A DNA stretch of 64,000 nt from a virus, in IMG/VR virus record IMGVR_UViG_3300011815_000021, positions 4,828 through 68,827 of that record; one strand, written 5' to 3'. This document shows, piece after piece, positions 50,353 through 61,134 of this stretch. Every line of letters begins with the position of its first letter. The first letter of the stretch is position 1. Made by a program: the position numbers and the translations under genes. The notes under the pieces are model-generated. The model was not told the DNA's origin, did not search any database, and was given only the letters and a program-made list of their open reading frames with translations.

Positions 50353-51426
50353 ATGAATGAATTTGAAAACAATAAATTTACAGAAGTTATGTCAACGGTA
50401 GATTTTATTTATAAATTTGATGAAATAAAAGAAATATCGTACAATACAATATCTATAATGGACAAAAGAATATTTACAAATTTAATTTGTTATGTTAGTT
50501 TTCAGAAATGGTATGGTATAAAAGAAATTAATATAGATAATTATGATGATATGGACTCTTATTCGATATCAATAAAAGATAAAATAATGAATTTTTATAA
50601 ATTAGAGAAAAATAATGAATTTAATCTAGTAAATGAAAACCAATTATTAAATATTTATATTGAAATTATAAAAGAGACTTTAAATATAAATTTTGATTAT
50701 AGAAAGAATGTTGCTTGGGAACTTCTAAAAAAATACAGCGTTTTTTATTATTATGATTACTGGAAAAATAATATTGATAAGTTCATAGAGCAAGATAAAA
50801 ATGATACTATTGAAAGTTATATGATAAAAATATATTGTAATACTGATATTGGTTTTGATGATAAGAATAATCTACTTATTTTTACATATTTTGCAATTGT
50901 TAGATGGAGTAATATTTTTGATATTAATGAATATCCAATAAGCATTTACAATGAAATTAAAAAAAGATATAAAAAGATAAAAGAAGAATGCGAGATAATA
51001 AAGAAAAAAGAAAATATTGAAAGTATTAAAAATAAGATTAAAAATACTGAAAATGAATATAAAAATTATACAATACACGATATTGATTTAATGACTGGTT
51101 TAGAATTTGAAGATTTTATTTATAAATTATTTATGAAATTAGGTTATAAAACAGAAAAAACTCAACAATCTAATGATCAAGGAATAGATATAATCGCAAC
51201 AAAAGCAAATGGAAAAATAGGAATACAAGCAAAATGTTATTCTTCATCTGTAGGTAATGCAGCAATACAAGAAGTTGTTGCAGGTAAATTATTTTATCAA
51301 TGTGATAAAATAATGGTAATAACTAATAATCTATTTACAAAATCAGCTATAAAACTAGCTGAATCAAATAATGTTATTTTATGGGATAGAAATATTATAA
51401 AAGAAAAAATAAAAGAACTATTTTAA
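50353..51426 (+). CDS. Mrr-type restriction endonuclease domain protein
   Basis: MTGLEFE..., DQGIDII, IQAK.Y..VG..AIQEV, ITNN.FT..A. Confidence 0.88.
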   Translation: MNEFENNKFTEVMSTVDFIYKFDEIKEISYNTISIMDKRIFTNLICYVSFQKWYGIKEINIDNYDDMDSYSISIKDKIMNFYKLEKNNEFNLVNENQLLNIYIEIIKETLNINFDYRKNVAWELLKKYSVFYYYDYWKNNIDKFIEQDKNDTIESYMIKIYCNTDIGFDDKNNLLIFTYFAIVRWSNIFDINEYPISIYNEIKKRYKKIKEECEIIKKKENIESIKNKIKNTENEYKNYTIHDIDLMTGLEFEDFIYKLFMKLGYKTEKTQQSNDQGIDIIATKANGKIGIQAKCYSSSVGNAAIQEVVAGKLFYQCDKIMVITNNLFTKSAIKLAESNNVILWDRNIIKEKIKELF

Positions 51427-51742
51427 AAAACCTAAACAATTATTACAACAATCAACAGATATAGAAAACTTAACAGAGACTCAAAATTCTACTAGAGAAA
51501 TAATAAAACCTCTTGCAATGTCTTTAAATGACAATTCAAATGGCTATACTGTAACTTTTAGAAAAGTATATAAAGAAATGTCAGTTGATTGGAAAAATCG
51601 TTGTACAAGATATAAAAACAAAACAGGTAATAAAAAACAACCTTCTAATATCTTATTAATAGAAGAAGATAATAAATTACTAAAACTATTTACTAGCACT
51701 GTTAATAAAATGCTAGAGGAAAGCAAATTGAAAGTAAATTAA
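51427..51742 (+). pseudogene. probable C-terminal remnant of a phage regulatory gene
   Basis: Frame open back to the Mrr stop with no RBS or start; IIKPLA...TFRKVYKEM..W. Confidence 0.4.
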
Positions 51743-51825
51743 ATTAAAAATAAATGTTATTAAGCTACTTATAAAATAGAATAAGTAGCTTTTTTATTAA
51801 CCAAAATACATAAATCAAATAAATA

Positions 51826-52068
51826 ATGGGAGGATTAAACCATGCATTATTTAACGTTAATAGATTAATGCAAGATAGTATTTTTAACAAACTATGGGAT
51901 GGCGAAACAGTTATAATTGGTAAAAACAAATATTATATGAGTGGAACAACAACATTAAAAAAAGAAGGATGTGGCACGATATACAGACTTGTGCAAAATG
52001 AAATCCCAGTTGCATACATATATTTATACGGTAATACTAATCAAAAGATGATAACAGAAAAAATTTAA
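51826..52068 (+). CDS. hypothetical protein (possibly frameshifted at 5' end)
   Basis: The GGAGG-linked ATG at 51842 is out of frame with the ORF body. Confidence 0.45.
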   Translation: MGGLNHALFNVNRLMQDSIFNKLWDGETVIIGKNKYYMSGTTTLKKEGCGTIYRLVQNEIPVAYIYLYGNTNQKMITEKI

Positions 52069-52130
52069 AATAGAGTAGCTGAAAATGCTACTCTTTATAA
52101 AACAAATATTTTAATGGAGGACTTAGAAAA

Positions 52131-52325
52131 ATGATTAATAATTACTACATTGCTGGCAACAGAACATTTACAAGTTTACAAGATGCAGAAAAATATTGTA
52201 TTGAAAATGATTTTGATTTTGAAATGATTATTGAAGCAGAGGAAAAAGCAATAAATTTTATGAATTACAAACAACTTTGGATTATCAAGTCTTTCATAAT
52301 AAATTTTTTACAGAAAACGAATTAA
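52131..52325 (+). CDS. hypothetical protein (possibly degenerate)
   Basis: GGAGG RBS; coding-like sequence continues in other frames to ~52437. Confidence 0.5.
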   Translation: MINNYYIAGNRTFTSLQDAEKYCIENDFDFEMIIEAEEKAINFMNYKQLWIIKSFIINFLQKTN

Positions 52326-52478
52326 ACACAATTAATATGCAAGATTACTTAAAAGATTTAAAAAAGGTGAATTTTGTTCTAGGCTAGTACATTTAAAAGA
52401 AATAAGTAAAAAGGAGTACTTAAAATATAAAAATTAAATTATAAATAAATAGTTTTATATTAGGAGGATTAAAAAATA

Positions 52479-52691
52479 ATGAATGATGATATATTATTTT
52501 TAGAAACACTATTAAATCAGCAAGAAAACATTGAAGATAAAATCTTTTATTTGAAAACAAAAGAAAGACAGTATTATAACTATTATTGTGATAGTGGAAA
52601 TAATTTTACAGATTCGCAAAACAAAGAATATCATACCATATGGAATTGGATTATTGATAAACTAAATTATTATAAATCAATAACCATATAA
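52479..52691 (+). CDS. hypothetical protein
   Basis: AGGAGG RBS. Confidence 0.7.
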   Translation: MNDDILFLETLLNQQENIEDKIFYLKTKERQYYNYYCDSGNNFTDSQNKEYHTIWNWIIDKLNYYKSITI

Positions 52692-53151
52692 AACTAAAAT
52701 TTGAAAGGTTAATATCAAACATATAGATCTAAATATCGAGAGTTAAAAAGCTACTTATTACTAAAAAATAGGTAGCTTTTATATTTACAAGTATTCTTAC
52801 TTTACACGCTGTAAAAGTGATGTAAACAAGTTTATGTTTTCTTGATAAAAAAGCAGTATTAAATTATTTAGAGGTCAAAGCATGAAAAACTTAAAAGGCA
52901 AAATTAATATGATTAAAGACGAAATAGAGGAAAGACAAAAAGCAATAGACTATTACAGCAATTTAGAAAATAAACAAGAATATCAAAAAGATATTTCGGA
53001 TTTAATAAAGGAGAGAAACATATATCAAAAGTTTTTAGAAATGTTGGAGGATTAAACACAAACAAACGGTTTTTATAGAGTAGTTTTCCCTCAATAAAAC
53101 TACTATTCCATAGTTAATTAAAATGAAAAATATAATTTAGGAGGATTGAAA

Positions 53152-53847
53152 ATGAAAATAAAAGAAATTGAATCGTTAACAATAGAAGAACTAGAGTCGT
53201 TTAAAAAAGAAGGGAAAGCCGAACTATTAATTATTAAAGAACATAATTGTTATTTAGTAGATTTAGGAGAGTATTTTGGTTATTCCGTATTAGTTTTTAA
53301 AAACAATAAGCATATATATTATGCTAATGATTATCAATTACACCATTCAAATAAATCTATAGAAGAATTAAAAGAATGGTACATTAAAACTTTAAATAAT
53401 AAATTATTCACAGAACTAGAACTGATGGAAGATGTACAAAATTATAATGAATATAAAAACAAAGATAATTATGTAAGAAGCTATTGGAAAATGCAATTTG
53501 ATTATGTATCAATTTTTTACATAGGTAAACCAGATGAAGAACAAGAAAAAGCAAAAAATGAAATGTTGTATTGCCCAGCTTGTTTTTGCTACGTTAATGA
53601 TAGAAATATTATCGATAAATCAAATAAATTTATTACACATTTAGAAAAATCATATAATAAAGCACAAGAAAATACAGAAATTTTTCGCAAAATGATATCT
53701 TATGAATTATCTAATCACGAAGCTTGTATAACTTGTGATTATAGAGATGCTTTAGATTCTTTGGGTCTAACATTTAAAACATTAACAGAAGAACAACAAA
53801 AAATTGTAAGAGAAGAACTTAAAAAACAAATTGAAAATTATAATTAA
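53152..53847 (+). CDS. conserved phage early protein
   Basis: AGGAGG RBS; YFGYS.LVF, YELSNHEA motifs. Confidence 0.75.
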   Translation: MKIKEIESLTIEELESFKKEGKAELLIIKEHNCYLVDLGEYFGYSVLVFKNNKHIYYANDYQLHHSNKSIEELKEWYIKTLNNKLFTELELMEDVQNYNEYKNKDNYVRSYWKMQFDYVSIFYIGKPDEEQEKAKNEMLYCPACFCYVNDRNIIDKSNKFITHLEKSYNKAQENTEIFRKMISYELSNHEACITCDYRDALDSLGLTFKTLTEEQQKIVREELKKQIENYN

Positions 53848-53965
53848 ACTATAATAAAATGAGTAGTTGATATAGCTACTCTATGAATTAACAAACAACA
53901 ATAATTTGTTAGTTGATAGATTGGCTATACGCTAAATTAAAATAATTATTTTGGAGGTTTTAAAA

Positions 53966-54379
53966 ATGAGCAATAAAAAAGTATTTAAACAAAAAAGAAA
54001 TGTATGTAATGAAATAAAAATTTTTGACTTTGAAAATAATACATATACACAATATAACACAGCAATTAATACTGGTTTCCCTTTTGGTGTTCCTCTGATA
54101 ACAACTGCTGAACAAATGGGATATAAGGATTTAAAAGAATGTTATAAAACATTAAAAAGTAGAAACATGTTGGGAATTGAAGTTGATTATACAGAGCAAA
54201 AAGAAGCTGAAAGAATAGGATATATAAATTTAGGAGTTGAAAGAATCAGAAAAAATAACAGAATAAATACAAATGATTTTGCAGATGTTTGTAATAAATT
54301 AGGTAAGTATGGTATGAATTTTGTTGATGCTCAAGACAGTATAATAAATGCTTATTTATATAATATTGGGGAGGTTTAA
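53966..54379 (+). CDS. hypothetical protein
   Basis: GGAGG RBS. Confidence 0.75.
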   Translation: MSNKKVFKQKRNVCNEIKIFDFENNTYTQYNTAINTGFPFGVPLITTAEQMGYKDLKECYKTLKSRNMLGIEVDYTEQKEAERIGYINLGVERIRKNNRINTNDFADVCNKLGKYGMNFVDAQDSIINAYLYNIGEV

Positions 54380-54381
54380 AA

Positions 54382-54891
54382 ATGGGAAAATGTTTAGAAA
54401 ATAAGACTTATAATATCGGCGAAAATCAATTTACATTAACTAACATGGAGATATTTTTAAAAGGTAATTTAATGGGTTATATGACAGCTATAATATCATT
54501 AACAAATAGCGATAAGGAACACGAATTATTATATCGACTTGCAGATGATGAAAACGGTAAAAGATTTACATTAGTAACTATTGATTATGGATATTATAAT
54601 CCACTAATAGAAAAATACTGGGATAATATAGAAAGGGCATGTTTTGATAACATAAGATTTACATTAAATGATGAAGTATATAGAAAGATTTATAATCAAA
54701 GAGTTTATAAAGTAGGATTTACAAAAACAAAAATAATAGAAGAAGATGGATTATTTGGGGTTACTTTAGTTAATCAAGAATACAAAGGATTTGCAAAAAA
54801 TCCACTTGTAGCACCTTGTAGAACGTATGAAGAAATGCAAATAAAAATTGATGAATATGCAGAAAATAAGAATTTAAAACAAGTAATATGA
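54382..54891 (+). CDS. hypothetical protein
   Basis: GGAGG RBS, coupled to upstream gene. Confidence 0.75.
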   Translation: MGKCLENKTYNIGENQFTLTNMEIFLKGNLMGYMTAIISLTNSDKEHELLYRLADDENGKRFTLVTIDYGYYNPLIEKYWDNIERACFDNIRFTLNDEVYRKIYNQRVYKVGFTKTKIIEEDGLFGVTLVNQEYKGFAKNPLVAPCRTYEEMQIKIDEYAENKNLKQVI

Positions 54892-54907
54892 TAGGAGATA
54901 AACCAAA

Positions 54908-55231
54908 ATGAATAGATACGAATGTCTTAATAAAAAATGTGATAATTACAATACATGCTGTAAATTTAAATGTAATAATTGCGAATTTAATCAAGAGTGT
55001 AAAAGTAAAGATAATATTTGTTCATATCTTAATAATAAAATTGATGACTTAAAAGCTAGTGATAAAATTATAGTAACAAATAAACTTAACGATACATATA
55101 CATATGAGTTTATTAGGTTTAATCCACTAGACACACAAAGAGAAATAATACTAAAAAATTTAACCAATAACACTATAACAGAAGTTGAAAGATTATGGCT
55201 TCAATTTAGGGAAATAGAATGGTTAAATTAA
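54908..55231 (+). CDS. Cys-rich hypothetical protein
   Basis: AGGAG RBS; 8 Cys in N-terminal 38 aa. Confidence 0.7.
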   Translation: MNRYECLNKKCDNYNTCCKFKCNNCEFNQECKSKDNICSYLNNKIDDLKASDKIIVTNKLNDTYTYEFIRFNPLDTQREIILKNLTNNTITEVERLWLQFREIEWLN

Positions 55232-55256
55232 TATAAACTCATGGAGGTATTAAAAC

Positions 55257-55577
55257 ATGAAAAATAATGGTTGCGAATTTGGAACATATAATAAATTAAC
55301 ATATAGAATTTGTTACGGACTAACAGAAGAAGGAAAAATGAATTATTCTATCCCTCTTTATGAATTTACAAAATATTGTAATTGTGAAATATGTAATAAA
55401 CGTCTTAAATATGATAGAAAACCATCAAATGGTATTACAATAGTAACAGATGATAAAAATAAATTTGAAGAAATAAAAAATCTTATTGATAATTATACAT
55501 GTAATAGTAATTATTATGATGGAATAAAACATATAGGTATGAAAAATGGAAAAATAGAAGAACGTACTTTACCATAA
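55257..55577 (+). CDS. hypothetical protein
   Basis: GGAGG RBS; CNCEIC. Confidence 0.7.
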   Translation: MKNNGCEFGTYNKLTYRICYGLTEEGKMNYSIPLYEFTKYCNCEICNKRLKYDRKPSNGITIVTDDKNKFEEIKNLIDNYTCNSNYYDGIKHIGMKNGKIEERTLP

Positions 55578-55642
55578 TAAAAATAACATTTTAACAGTTA
55601 ATAATAAAAATAATTTTATATAAATAATTGGAGGTAATAAAA

Positions 55643-55951
55643 ATGAGAAAAAGTATAATTTTTAAATTTAATTATGATAATGACGCGGAATTAATGTTAT
55701 TAAGAGAGGACAAAAAGCATCTTCATAATAATTATTATGCACTAGAATTATATAATAATAGTAAAAGCGAGTTAGGTTACCATATACAGTATAGAGAGGC
55801 TATACCATACATTGATAGACCTGTAATACAATACTGTGGTAAAATATATAAAATTGATAATGAGATACACTGGGAAACTACTTTAGATATAGATACAATA
55901 GAAGAAATTAAAAAACTATTTCTTGATTTATTAGAAGAAGATAATAATTAA
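55643..55951 (+). CDS. hypothetical protein
   Basis: GGAGG RBS. Confidence 0.7.
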   Translation: MRKSIIFKFNYDNDAELMLLREDKKHLHNNYYALELYNNSKSELGYHIQYREAIPYIDRPVIQYCGKIYKIDNEIHWETTLDIDTIEEIKKLFLDLLEEDNN

Positions 55952-56103
55952 CTTTTATTTACATTTTAATACAAGTATAATATAATGCTAATATAAACAA
56001 TAACAGATACTGTAATTAAATTGTTATTATTATATTATTAGCGTACTACATTTAACCGTAACAGATAGCTGTATTTTTAAAATAAAAATAAGGAGCTAAT
56101 AAA

Positions 56104-56625
56104 ATGAAAAAAATAGAATTAAAATCTTATAACGAAAAAGAAATTGAAGCCTTTGTTGATGGTAAAGGCAAATTTTATGACATAATGAGCAAACATGTAG
56201 ATAACGCACAAGAAGTAAACAATGCTAATGATATATCAAAAATGATGAAAATTGATAACAATACTCATGTTGGAGTGGATTTTATGTCTAATACATTAAT
56301 GAATGAGTACATTTTAAGAGGAATAGATATATATGTTGATATAAATAATTCTGCATATGCTAACGGAAAAGAATTATTAAAAATAGGTAGAGTTAAAAAG
56401 AAGATAAATGAAAATAATAATAAATGGCAGATTATTCATTCTACAAGTGAAGACAGTACTGGAACAGAGTTGAATTTTCATGAAACTAAGACAGGGACTA
56501 CAGAAATAAGCATATTAAATGATAACAAACAGGAAATTAAAGTCGTATTTAGTACATCTGGTAGTCATAAGTGTATATACGTCATTGATAAAAATGATAA
56601 AGTCGTATGTAAACAGACTTATTAG
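56104..56625 (+). CDS. hypothetical protein with own promoter, flanked by direct repeats
   Basis: TTTACA-17-TATAAT at 55958-55986; AAGGAG RBS. Confidence 0.75.
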   Translation: MKKIELKSYNEKEIEAFVDGKGKFYDIMSKHVDNAQEVNNANDISKMMKIDNNTHVGVDFMSNTLMNEYILRGIDIYVDINNSAYANGKELLKIGRVKKKINENNNKWQIIHSTSEDSTGTELNFHETKTGTTEISILNDNKQEIKVVFSTSGSHKCIYVIDKNDKVVCKQTY

Positions 56626-56758
56626 CATTTTAATAAAAATATAAAGAATTAACAATAACAGATGCTGTATTACATTAATTTAATAAAATAACCACACCAA
56701 CTACTATTTATTTTATAGTAGTTTTTTTATACCAAGAATTAAACCAGGAGGATATCAA

Positions 56759-57004
56759 ATGCAAAGAACATGCGAAGATAATTACATAACAATACCATTA
56801 CAGCAATATAAAAGACAATTACATAAAAACAAAGCTAAAACAAAACTAAATAAGTTAATACTATTTCAAAGGCTATTAGGTTTATTCTTAATAGCTTTAT
56901 CTATTGCCACAACAAAGTTATTACTAGATATTACATTTGCAATTATATTTGTTCCTTTAGCAATATATTTGCTAGTGACAAAAGAAATTATAATTGAATT
57001 GTAG
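56759..57004 (+). CDS. small 2-TM membrane protein
   Basis: QRLLGLFLIALSI...FAIIFVPLAIYLLVTKE. Confidence 0.75.
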   Translation: MQRTCEDNYITIPLQQYKRQLHKNKAKTKLNKLILFQRLLGLFLIALSIATTKLLLDITFAIIFVPLAIYLLVTKEIIIEL

Positions 57005-57316
57005 AGGTTTATTTGATGTTTAAAACACGATACAACAAGAAAACAAGTAAATACATATTATATTTCTTAGGCTCATATGCACTATATTATAGGAGGCTTA
57101 ACATATGATAACAGAAGATATCAGTTTATCATTTGAAAAATATAAAGTAAAAAACATTCAGGGACACTATGAATTTTATTACAAGGGATCAAATATCCCT
57201 TTTATGAGTTGTGATATTGGGGAATTAAACGAAACCATAGAAGAATTAAAACAGGAAATGAGAACAATTTAGTAAATAAAAAAATATATAAACAAGGATA
57301 AGATTGGAGAAAAAAT

Positions 57317-57598
57317 ATGAATATAAAATACAATGTAGAAAAACCAAGTACAATGACAGAATATACAAAAATTGTAATTGAATTTATTAATAATTCTGAA
57401 TATAAAAATATGCTAATTGAATGTGAAAATGAAAAACAAAGCAAGGGCATTACAAGTAGCTTCATAGCTTATTTTAAAAGATTAGAAATTAATAATATAA
57501 AATTATCACAAAAAAAGATTAATGATGTAAATACATTACAAGAAAAATATGTAATATATGTAGAAAAATTAAATGAAATACAAACAATAAATATATGA
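57317..57598 (+). CDS. hypothetical protein
   Basis: GGAG RBS. Confidence 0.65.
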   Translation: MNIKYNVEKPSTMTEYTKIVIEFINNSEYKNMLIECENEKQSKGITSSFIAYFKRLEINNIKLSQKKINDVNTLQEKYVIYVEKLNEIQTINI

Positions 57599-57705
57599 AA
57601 ATTCAGTATCTATTAAAATTATTAAACACATCAAAGATTTATTTTATTCAAAGTAATGTTGTTGTGAAAATCAGTAACACATTTAATATCATAGGAGGGC
57701 AAATT

Positions 57706-58074
57706 ATGTCTTATAAATATTTTAATCAACTTACAAAATATGAAAAAGAGTTTTATGGAATGATGGAACATGAGGTATCTTCGTTTTCCGAAAATACTAA
57801 ATTTAAGTACTGTAATATAGATTATGTAAACAATATTTGTAAAAATCAAATTGCAAATTGGGATGCTTTTAATGAAATGGTAAATAAATATCAAGATGAA
57901 TTTAATGTTATACCAAACGTTGTATTTGATTTAGTTACAAAAATGCAGATTACATTTAAGTTTTCAATAAATGATAAAGCTAAATATTTTGAAGGAGTAA
58001 CTTATACATTTGACTTATCTAATTATAATACACCTATAATAAAACACGAATATCCAAGAGATAATTTATGGTAA
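57706..58074 (+). CDS. hypothetical protein
   Basis: AGGAGG RBS before MSYKYF. Confidence 0.7.
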   Translation: MSYKYFNQLTKYEKEFYGMMEHEVSSFSENTKFKYCNIDYVNNICKNQIANWDAFNEMVNKYQDEFNVIPNVVFDLVTKMQITFKFSINDKAKYFEGVTYTFDLSNYNTPIIKHEYPRDNLW

Positions 58075-58587
58075 AAGAATATAAAAATAATGAAAAACTA
58101 CGAAGAACTAAACGAAGATTTACAAGATGAAGCTAGAAGATGGCATCCAACAAGTTATGAAAAATGGACTTATAACGTGCAAGATAACAATATCAGATTT
58201 TGTATTATATAGGAGGTAAAAATGTTTAAATGGACAGAAAGTGTTAATGGTGGAGTAAATAATTTATATGTAGTACAAGACAATGAAAAAATAGCAACAA
58301 GCAAAATATCGCTTGAACAAGCTGAAAAGAATTTACATAGAAAAATAAATAAAAATAACTAACTATAAATTGTATTAAAAGTATACAGAGATATACAATG
58401 CTAAAATTAAAATATAAACATACAAAAATAATTGGAGGTTAATATGGGAGCAAATAAAGAAAAGCAAAATATAAGAATGAAAAAAGTTTGTGAACGCATA
58501 CACAATAAAATTAGATATAATGGATTTTCATCTTTAGAGGTTAAATATATAAAAACAGTTAAAGAGTATGACAGAGTAGATAGATAA

Positions 58588-58797
58588 TTGAACCAATTTT
58601 ATGGAACTTGCAAAAGAAAAACTACAGGTCAGGTTGACTGGGAATCAATGAATGAAAAAGAGTTAGATTATTTTGATTACATATATAAAAAGTCAAACAC
58701 CTTGTTAAAACGTAAATCTAAATATGAAGAACAGATAAATGGCGATGAAGTAATGAGATTATTTATGGAGTTAAATATTAATAGTGTAAGTTATTAA
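58588..58797 (+). CDS. hypothetical protein
   Basis: TTG start abutting an upstream 47-aa ORF (58444-58587). Confidence 0.6.
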   Translation: MNQFYGTCKRKTTGQVDWESMNEKELDYFDYIYKKSNTLLKRKSKYEEQINGDEVMRLFMELNINSVSY

Positions 58798-59058
58798 ATA
58801 CTTGGAGGTTAGGAAATGAATAATATAGAAAATATGACAATTAGTGAAATAGAAAATAAAATAAATGAGGTTATTGCTAAATTAGAACATATAAAAATAG
58901 AAATAGAAAATAAAACTGTGAGTGAAATTGAAAACGAAATAGAAGAAACAATATATATATTAAAATAATATAAAATTTAGTTAATAGTAATTAAAATCAG
59001 TTTTTTATGGTAAATTAAATGTTGAAATATCAATGAAAATAAAAGGAGAATTAAGTCT

Positions 59059-59508
59059 ATGGATATTAGTTTTATAGAAAAAGAAAAGTATTTAAGTAGA
59101 TATGGATGTTCGGGGCAAGGCGAGTTTACTCCAATTTATATGATTAAAGATGATAAAGAATATTTTATTAAAAATATTGTTAAAAAAATAGGTCATTGTG
59201 ATGGATATGATAAAAATGATTATTTGAGACAAATTGAAAATATGGAAGAAGTAAAAAATACATTAATGATAAATAAAGGGAATTATTTTAAAAATGATGG
59301 TAGATTTGAAAATCCTTTTGAATTTCTAAGTTGGATTAAAGAAAATAATTATACCTTTAGAGAACCTGATGAATTATTTGAAGATTGGGAAAATTTCGTA
59401 GATTTTCATGGTAATCTTAATGAGTATTCTTCCTCTTTTATGTATAGAATTTATGATAAGAATTTTTTAAATGAATTAAAAGAAAAAGTAAATAGTATGA
59501 AAATATAA
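59059..59508 (+). CDS. hypothetical protein
   Basis: AAGGAG RBS; DFHGNL.EYS..F.YRIYD. Confidence 0.75.
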   Translation: MDISFIEKEKYLSRYGCSGQGEFTPIYMIKDDKEYFIKNIVKKIGHCDGYDKNDYLRQIENMEEVKNTLMINKGNYFKNDGRFENPFEFLSWIKENNYTFREPDELFEDWENFVDFHGNLNEYSSSFMYRIYDKNFLNELKEKVNSMKI

Positions 59509-59548
59509 TTAAATGATATTTATAAATGCTTATACTTGGAGGTAATAT

Positions 59549-59821
59549 ATGATGACTTTGGTTTTAGAAATTAAAAATAAAAATAGTCATAATACTGGAT
59601 TTTATCTTCCAGCAGTTGAAGGTTTTAAAATAGGTTGTAGAAGTTGGAAAACAGTTTGTGACAATATAGAAAAGTTAATAAAATTAGCTTTAAACAGTAG
59701 TTTCGTTGATGATTATAGAATACTGCTTTATGAAGGCAAATATGAGTATTACAAACAATGTGAATTACTTGAAATATATGATAAAGATAGGTTACAAGAC
59801 ATGGGGATGTTAGAAATATAA
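59549..59821 (+). CDS. hypothetical protein
   Basis: GGAGGT RBS. Confidence 0.7.
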   Translation: MMTLVLEIKNKNSHNTGFYLPAVEGFKIGCRSWKTVCDNIEKLIKLALNSSFVDDYRILLYEGKYEYYKQCELLEIYDKDRLQDMGMLEI

Positions 59822-59847
59822 TTGAAATTTTGGAGGTTATTTTAAAA

Positions 59848-60246
59848 ATGAATATATTAGATAAAAAATTTAGTCATTCTCGTTGGTTTAAAGGGCATGG
59901 ATTAACAAGAAAACAGGCGATAGAGTATTTTGCAAGCAATGGAGGATTTATAGTAATACAAAAACCATCTTTAAAACAAAGTGACAATTTATTTGATGAT
60001 ATTAAATATGATTATGTTTTAAAAGGCGAAGAAGGCGGAAGCTATAGATTAACTGATGAAGAACATAAATATTATTTAGAACGTAAAGAATTTTGGAATA
60101 ACTGGAGAGATACAGTTGAGCCTAAATATGAAAAAGGCATGGATTATTTAGAATATAATCAAATGATTTTAAATGCAATGCTACAAGTTAAAGAATATGC
60201 GGATTATAATAATGCGTTTTTAAGTAGTTTTAATAAATATAAATAA
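59848..60246 (+). CDS. hypothetical protein
   Basis: GGAGGT RBS. Confidence 0.7.
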   Translation: MNILDKKFSHSRWFKGHGLTRKQAIEYFASNGGFIVIQKPSLKQSDNLFDDIKYDYVLKGEEGGSYRLTDEEHKYYLERKEFWNNWRDTVEPKYEKGMDYLEYNQMILNAMLQVKEYADYNNAFLSSFNKYK

Positions 60247-60265
60247 TTAAAATTTGGAGGTTGTC

Positions 60266-60502
60266 ATGTGTGATTTAATGGATTGTAAAGATTGTAGTAA
60301 ATATAAACAAAATGAAACATTTTGGTGTGAGGAATTATTAAACTTATGGTATCAACTAGAGGATATTAGTTATAATCCTGATGAAATGATAATAGAAGAA
60401 GATTTTATACAATTTAAAGCTGGAACAGATATAAAAGAAATATGGAAGTGGTTTGCTAATAGGTTGAATGTAAAAGTATCTGATTTATTTGAATATGAAT
60501 AA
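60266..60502 (+). CDS. conserved small phage protein
   Basis: IEEDF..FKAGTD..EIW.WF motif. Confidence 0.7.
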   Translation: MCDLMDCKDCSKYKQNETFWCEELLNLWYQLEDISYNPDEMIIEEDFIQFKAGTDIKEIWKWFANRLNVKVSDLFEYE

Positions 60503-60515
60503 TGGAGGTTATGAA

Positions 60516-60779
60516 ATGTTAAAAAGATATTTTGAAATAGAATTTAGTAATGATAATACACTTGATAGAGGTACAGAAGGTTGCGATGATGATTATAGTA
60601 TTTGTATCATTGGATATGATAGTCCATCAATAGAAGAAGCAACAAAATTTTGTAAAAGCGATATGGAAAAATTGAATTATAAATATGTGGTATCAGTTAC
60701 AGAAATAACAAAAGACGAAGCTTATAATTTCTTTGATATGGAAAATGAAAATAACTTTCCTATATTTAAAAGGATTTAA
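60516..60779 (+). CDS. hypothetical protein
   Basis: GGAGGT RBS; YSICI...PS.EEA..F. Confidence 0.7.
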   Translation: MLKRYFEIEFSNDNTLDRGTEGCDDDYSICIIGYDSPSIEEATKFCKSDMEKLNYKYVVSVTEITKDEAYNFFDMENENNFPIFKRI

Positions 60780-60825
60780 AACATTAGATTTATACAAAAT
60801 AATTAAATAAAAAAGAGGTGTTAAA

Positions 60826-61134
60826 TTGAATGCTGAAATTATTACTATAGAAGAATGGGCAGGAGACAATGGAATCAAATTAACTGATACTCAAATAAAA
60901 GATTTAACAGAAGCAATAAATGTTTGTTGTGAAGTTCCATTAGTATATTTTAATGAACCATCTAACTATAATAATGAAGTTGAAAAATTGAAATATAAAA
61001 TTATTTTATTAGAATCCTTTATAAGAGAAAAGGGGTTTAATATTACTGTAAATGATGATTATATAAAAGAACATTGTTTTGAAAGAATAACTGACTGTCA
61101 TATAGCGAGTAATAGTAGGATATTTAGGTTATAA
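60826..61134 (+). CDS. hypothetical protein, paralog of 61421-61726
   Basis: Shared ITIEEWAGDN, LTDTQIKDL, LLESFIREKGFNIT. Confidence 0.8.
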   Translation: MNAEIITIEEWAGDNGIKLTDTQIKDLTEAINVCCEVPLVYFNEPSNYNNEVEKLKYKIILLESFIREKGFNITVNDDYIKEHCFERITDCHIASNSRIFRL

